Position numbers and translations under genes: made by a program. Shown piece by piece: positions 17,369 to 20,000 of a stretch of DNA of 20,000 nt; position 1 is the stretch's first letter, and every line of letters begins with the position of its first letter. The stretch is from an uncultured virus (IMG/VR IMGVR_UViG_3300027752_001031) (lineage: Duplodnaviria > Heunggongvirae > Uroviricota > Caudoviricetes). Location of the stretch: IMG/VR virus record IMGVR_UViG_3300027752_001031. One strand, written 5' to 3'. The notes beneath the pieces are model-generated. The model was not told the origin of the DNA. It searched no databases and was given only the letters and a program-made list of their open reading frames with translations.

Positions 17369-17478
17369 TGTGGGATACACTACAGTCTTGGGTGCTAGTA
17401 GCATCACTGGTTATAGGTGTTGGATACACTACCCTTCAGGCATACCGCCTAGCCAAATGGAAAGAAGATAACCAGTAA
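17368..17478 (+). CDS. 36-aa membrane microprotein
   Basis: MWDTLQSWVLVASLVIGVGYTTLQAYRLAKWKEDNQ; TAATG coupling. Confidence 0.65.
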   Translation: MWDTLQSWVLVASLVIGVGYTTLQAYRLAKWKEDNQ

Positions 17479-17480
17479 CA

Positions 17481-17637
17481 CGGCGTGTCGCCTTGACAAT
17501 TTTTTCGATAGGCAGCGCCCCCTACATGTAGTGGTTTAATGATTTAAGAACACTATATGTAGCCCCCCGAAAATTTATAACGAATGTGTAACACTACGGC
17601 GTGTCGTTTGTATAATGTCGGTGACCTGTGATAGGCT
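17481..17637 (+). promoter_or_regulatory. Regulatory cassette 2: GGCGTGTC motif, tandem NrdR-like boxes, RTAAC pair, PafBC-type promoter
   Basis: CGGCGTGTCGCCTTGACAAT at 17481; boxes at 17519 and 17550; ATAAC/GTAAC at 17577/17588; CGGCGTGTCG at 17597; TGTCGGTG-8-TAGGCT at 17616-17637. Confidence 0.8.
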
Positions 17638-17664
17638 ATAGCCATAACAGATAAAGGATAGTAA

Positions 17665-17850
17665 ATGAAATCAGTGTCAATACCAACCAACGATGTAAAC
17701 TCCGTAATGGGTCGCAAGACCACCTGCTCTGGCTGTGGCTATGTCCAGTCAACTGTAACGAGCTACTACCACGACCGCAAGCTTTGGAAGGCAACTCACA
17801 CTCTGGCATTCTGCCGTGATGAGAAATTGTTGCTGATGGCACACAGCTAA
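17665..17850 (+). CDS. 61-aa Cys/His microprotein (possible Zn binding)
   Basis: CSGC...H....C; AAAGGATA RBS; in the ORF track. Confidence 0.7.
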   Translation: MKSVSIPTNDVNSVMGRKTTCSGCGYVQSTVTSYYHDRKLWKATHTLAFCRDEKLLLMAHS

Positions 17851-17852
17851 AA

Positions 17853-17874
17853 TGTCTGACCCCTGTGCTAAGAT
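17853..17874 (+). promoter_or_regulatory. PafBC-type promoter TGTC-N12-TAAGAT
   Basis: TGTCTGACCCCTGTGCTAAGAT. Confidence 0.75.
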
Positions 17875-17900
17875 AAAACTATAATCGAAAGGATAACAAA

Positions 17901-18071
17901 ATGGCATACAGCAGAGAAGCTCACGAGCTACTACAAAAAACACTAGAGGAGCTAATAGCCCAACAAGGCGAATTGGCTTATCCAGCAATGGTTGGCTACC
18001 TAATGGTAAATGTTCCATTGGAAGACGCTAAGCGAATCGCAAAGCACGTTTCAGAAAAGGCGGTGGCATAA
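17901..18071 (+). CDS. 56-aa hypothetical microprotein
   Basis: MAYSREAHELLQKTLEELIAQQGELAYPAMVGYLMVNV...; GAAAGGATAA RBS. Confidence 0.75.
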   Translation: MAYSREAHELLQKTLEELIAQQGELAYPAMVGYLMVNVPLEDAKRIAKHVSEKAVA

Positions 18072-18220
18072 TGTCAGAATCACTTTGTGTCTACTGCCTC
18101 AACATTGTCAATGACTTTGTTTGTCCTAACTGTAATGAGTATGACGGGCTAATGCCCATTCCTGATGCCAAGAGGTATCTAGGCGAAGACTTTCCAGAGG
18201 AGTATAACGAGTATGTCTAA
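18071..18220 (+). CDS. 49-aa zinc-ribbon-like microprotein
   Basis: MSESLCVYCLNIVNDFVCPNCNEYDGLMP...; two CxxC; TAATG coupling. Confidence 0.75.
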   Translation: MSESLCVYCLNIVNDFVCPNCNEYDGLMPIPDAKRYLGEDFPEEYNEYV

Positions 18221-18320
18221 AGAACTAACTACCGCAGAATTAGAGGAACTAATCTTCAAGATAGACTTGATGTTGTCTGATGATACTGGTAAGCTATTCG
18301 TAACAAAGGAGAATAACTAA
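18213..18320 (+). CDS. 35-aa hypothetical microprotein
   Basis: MSKELTTAELEELIFKIDLMLSDDTGKLFVTKENN; GAGGAG RBS. Confidence 0.65.
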   Translation: MSKELTTAELEELIFKIDLMLSDDTGKLFVTKENN

Positions 18321-18457
18321 TGACATTCGGACTTCTAGTAATAATAATTGCCAGCTCATTTTTTGCTGGTGTCCTTACTCAGGGATTGTATGCCGAGGCT
18401 CAAGAGTCTAAGGCTATCGAGAGAAACAAGAGGGCTACATTCATAGCTCCATTCTAA
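18320..18457 (+). CDS. 45-aa membrane microprotein
   Basis: MTFGLLVIIIASSFFAGVLTQGLYAEAQ...; AAGGAG RBS and TAATG coupling. Confidence 0.7.
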   Translation: MTFGLLVIIIASSFFAGVLTQGLYAEAQESKAIERNKRATFIAPF

Positions 18458-18458
18458 A

Positions 18459-18550
18459 TTTGCTCTGGGATTGAAAACCCCAAACCAAGCGAGCAATACA
18501 TATTCCTCCAGCGGAAAGTTTCTTATCCTTTCATTCCGTTGGGGGAATAG
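18459..18550 (+). ncRNA. Candidate structured RNA with anti-Shine-Dalgarno-like loop
   Basis: TTGCTC/GAGCAA-closed domain (18460-18496), then a 16-bp stem 18501-18516/18534-18549 (two G-U pairs valid only on +) with loop AGUUUCUUAUCCUUUCA. Confidence 0.6.
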
Positions 18551-18623
18551 CTGGCGGCCCCCATTAGGTGAAAAAAATTCAATTAAGATCAATTAAGATA
18601 ACCCCCCGAACCCCTGGGTAAAA

Positions 18624-18645
18624 TGTCAGACCCCTGTGTTATAGT
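18624..18645 (+). promoter_or_regulatory. PafBC-type promoter TGTC-N12-TATAGT (leaderless gene follows)
   Basis: TGTCAGACCCCTGTGTTATAGT, 7 nt before the ATG at 18653. Confidence 0.75.
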
Positions 18646-18652
18646 ATAAACT

Positions 18653-18823
18653 ATGAAGAAGAAAACCAAGAAACTAGGAATGGCAAACGAGGCTAGGCGT
18701 AAGCTTGAGTCGCAAGCCCTATTCTTTGAGATGATGAAGAATCCTCACTTGGTCGCTACCCCTAAAAAATACAAAGGCAGTCGCCAGAGTAACATAAATA
18801 AAGCTATTAGAGAGAGTGAATAA
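18653..18823 (+). CDS. 56-aa basic microprotein
   Basis: MKKKTKKLGMANEARRKLESQALFFEMMKNPHLVATPKKYKGSRQSNINKAIRESE. Confidence 0.7.
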   Translation: MKKKTKKLGMANEARRKLESQALFFEMMKNPHLVATPKKYKGSRQSNINKAIRESE

Positions 18824-18924
18824 TGAACTACCCCTGCCAATGTGAATGTGGATGTGAGCAAGGCTACGATTATCAGTATTCAAGTATTTGTACAGAATGT
18901 CAGAATGGAGAGAAACATGGATGA
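18823..18924 (+). CDS. 33-aa Cys-rich microprotein
   Basis: MNYPCQCECGCEQGYDYQYSSICTECQNGEKHG; TAATG coupling. Confidence 0.65.
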   Translation: MNYPCQCECGCEQGYDYQYSSICTECQNGEKHG

Positions 18925-19039
18925 GCAAGCAATAGAGATTAGAGCAAACCTAGCAGAATACTATGCAACCCCCGAAGCCTACACGCTGTTTGACTTTGAA
19001 GAAATCTTCCAGGACCGAGACCCTTTTGAGTTTCTATAA
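18917..19039 (+). CDS. 40-aa acidic microprotein
   Basis: MDEQAIEIRANLAEYYATPEAYTLFDFEEIFQDRDPFEFL; GGAG RBS supports a start at 18917 rather than 18842. Confidence 0.7.
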   Translation: MDEQAIEIRANLAEYYATPEAYTLFDFEEIFQDRDPFEFL

Positions 19040-19061
19040 TGTCTGACCCCTATGTTAGGAT
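19040..19061 (+). promoter_or_regulatory. PafBC-type promoter TGTC-N12-TAGGAT (leaderless gene follows)
   Basis: TGTCTGACCCCTATGTTAGGAT, 6 nt before the ATG at 19068. Confidence 0.75.
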
Positions 19062-19067
19062 ACTAGT

Positions 19068-19208
19068 ATGATAAGTTATGTATGTGAAGACTGTAATCGC
19101 TTTATAAGTAATGTAGACACTGTCTATTCTTATTCCCTCAAAAATGTCTGTGGCAGATGTTATGCTATACAATGTGGACACCCCTCAACAAGAAAGTTGG
19201 TAAAGTAA
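19068..19208 (+). CDS. 46-aa zinc-finger-like microprotein
   Basis: MISYVCEDCNRFISNVDTVYSYSLKNVCGRCYAIQCGHPSTRKLVK; TAATG coupling to the next gene. Confidence 0.6.
   Translation: MISYVCEDCNRFISNVDTVYSYSLKNVCGRCYAIQCGHPSTRKLVK
19145..19166 (+). promoter_or_regulatory. PafBC-type promoter TGTC-N12-TATGCT inside a micro-ORF
   Basis: AATGTCTGTGGCAGATGTTATGCT. Confidence 0.55.
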
Positions 19209-19405
19209 TGAGTAAGTATCCTGATGTTCAAGTAGACCTAGTTGGCGAAGATGGCAACGCTATGGCAATAATGGCTAGAGTGTCTTCCGCTTTACGCCGT
19301 GCAGGAGTTAGCAGGGAAGAACGTGACGCTTACTATGAGCAGTCCACTAGCGGCGACTATGATAATGTATTGCGAGTAGCAATGGAATGGGTGGAGGTAA
19401 ACTAA
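19208..19405 (+). CDS. Small phage protein with GEDGNA motif
   Basis: MSKYPDVQVDLVGEDGNAMAIMARVSSALRRAG...SGDYDNVL; start at the TAATG junction is more likely than 19157. Confidence 0.8.
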   Translation: MSKYPDVQVDLVGEDGNAMAIMARVSSALRRAGVSREERDAYYEQSTSGDYDNVLRVAMEWVEVN

Positions 19406-19677
19406 TGGGCTCACTTCAAGCAGTAGAGATGGCACGGCTATCAAAGAATATAGAAGATGGTATCGCTTGGCACTTACAAAGTAATCACTTTCCTCCAGTG
19501 ACTAGGTCCATGGTCCAGGCTTGCATAGAGTCTATTGACGCTTGCAATGAAGGTAACTTTGATAAACTAATTAGTCTACCCGAAGGAGTAGGGTATAAAG
19601 GACTAACCGTTGCTCCAGCTAATGCTATTGTAGAGCAACACCACCTAGACGCTTGGATAGAATACGAGGACCTATAA
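19405..19677 (+). CDS. Phage hypothetical protein (WHLQSNHFPPV / IVEQHHLDAW motifs)
   Basis: GGAGG RBS and TAATG coupling place the start at 19405. Confidence 0.8.
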   Translation: MGSLQAVEMARLSKNIEDGIAWHLQSNHFPPVTRSMVQACIESIDACNEGNFDKLISLPEGVGYKGLTVAPANAIVEQHHLDAWIEYEDL

Positions 19678-19856
19678 TGAGATACACTGTTGAAGAAACC
19701 TATATCTATCAAGTAGAGGCAGACACGCCAGAGGAGGCTGTCGATGACTTTCATGAGTATGCCCAGGCCGATACCTCCGAAGCCGAGGATGAAACGGGAG
19801 TGGTATTCTTGCAGAACACTCTTACCGTGCATGACACTAGTGGCAAAGAGGTATAG
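19677..19856 (+). CDS. 59-aa acidic hypothetical protein
   Basis: MRYTVEETYIYQVEADTPEEAVDDF...; GAGGA RBS and TAATG coupling. Confidence 0.75.
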   Translation: MRYTVEETYIYQVEADTPEEAVDDFHEYAQADTSEAEDETGVVFLQNTLTVHDTSGKEV

Positions 19857-19993
19857 TGAGTAAATTATCAGAGCACTTTGGGCACGATGTTGTAATCGCT
19901 AAGTATACCGATGGGATATCGGATCCATCCTATTGCGTTGAGTGTGAAACTTGTTATGAAGTTATTCTTGATGAAGAGTTGACAAACGTCTAG
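19856..19993 (+). CDS. 45-aa His/Cys microprotein (H..H...ECETC)
   Basis: GTG start overlapping the upstream TAG; MSKLSEHFGHDVVIAKY...CVECETCYEVILDEELTNV; GAGGT RBS. Confidence 0.7.
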   Translation: MSKLSEHFGHDVVIAKYTDGISDPSYCVECETCYEVILDEELTNV

Positions 19994-20000
19994 CCAGCTG

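Noticed and set aside
15015..17500. CRISPR array
   Set aside because: The repeats are 5-6 bp units at 11-bp period or two 20-mers 640 bp apart; there is no repeat-spacer structure and no cas gene.
18072..18093. Eighth AATGTC site as a PafBC-type promoter
   Set aside because: It is a stop/start junction and has no TAnnnT 12 nt downstream.
18356..18592. Minus-strand 78-aa ORF, or a minus-strand gene using GAAAGGATAAG as RBS
   Set aside because: No start codon at RBS distance, it opposes the coupled plus-strand genes, and the G-U pairs favour a plus-strand RNA. A short GGAGG-ATG ORF from 18502 cannot be fully excluded.
17636..19832. Minus-strand track ORFs 17636..17842, 17749..18018, 18719..18928 and 19485..19832
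   Set aside because: They overlap well-supported plus-strand micro-ORFs and promoters.
1..20000. tRNA, rRNA, integrase, transposase, LexA (CGAAC-N4-GTTCG) boxes or known ribozymes
   Set aside because: None recognised by eye; tRNAscan-SE and Infernal/Rfam scans would be needed to exclude them formally.

Overview
The window is part of a tailed dsDNA phage genome, very probably infecting an Actinobacterium of the freshwater actinophage type. The host call is inferred from leaderless genes, a PNGGGSMKD membrane protein and actinobacterial-type operator motifs. Bases 1-14.1 kb are a minus-strand virion module (tail fibres with Mtd_N-like N-termini, a glycine-rich protein, BppU-like and collagen-like proteins), interrupted by a plus-strand pair of secreted cell-wall hydrolases (NlpC/P60 and lysozyme-like). 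Bases 14.1-16.3 kb are an AT-rich switch region. Bases 16.3-20 kb are a plus-strand early-type region of about 20 micro-ORFs, most missing from the ORF track. The most interesting signal is non-coding. It comprises (i) seven promoters with exact TGTC-N12-TAnnnT spacing, the actinobacterial PafBC/RecA-NDp DNA-damage promoter; (ii) two tandem NrdR-box pairs spaced 31-32 bp with no nrd gene nearby; (iii) a seven-copy RTAAC array at exact 11-bp period plus five scattered pairs, MtrA/OmpR-type; (iv) five GGCGTGTYG motifs (WhiA-like GACAC) abutting -35 boxes, with (ii)-(iv) assembled in the same order in two cassettes; and (v) two hairpin RNA candidates, one with a loop complementary to the shared ribosome-binding site of the early genes. 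Together these suggest a phage cis-regulatory system that reads or titrates host regulators. All regulator assignments come from by-eye motif matching and are untested.
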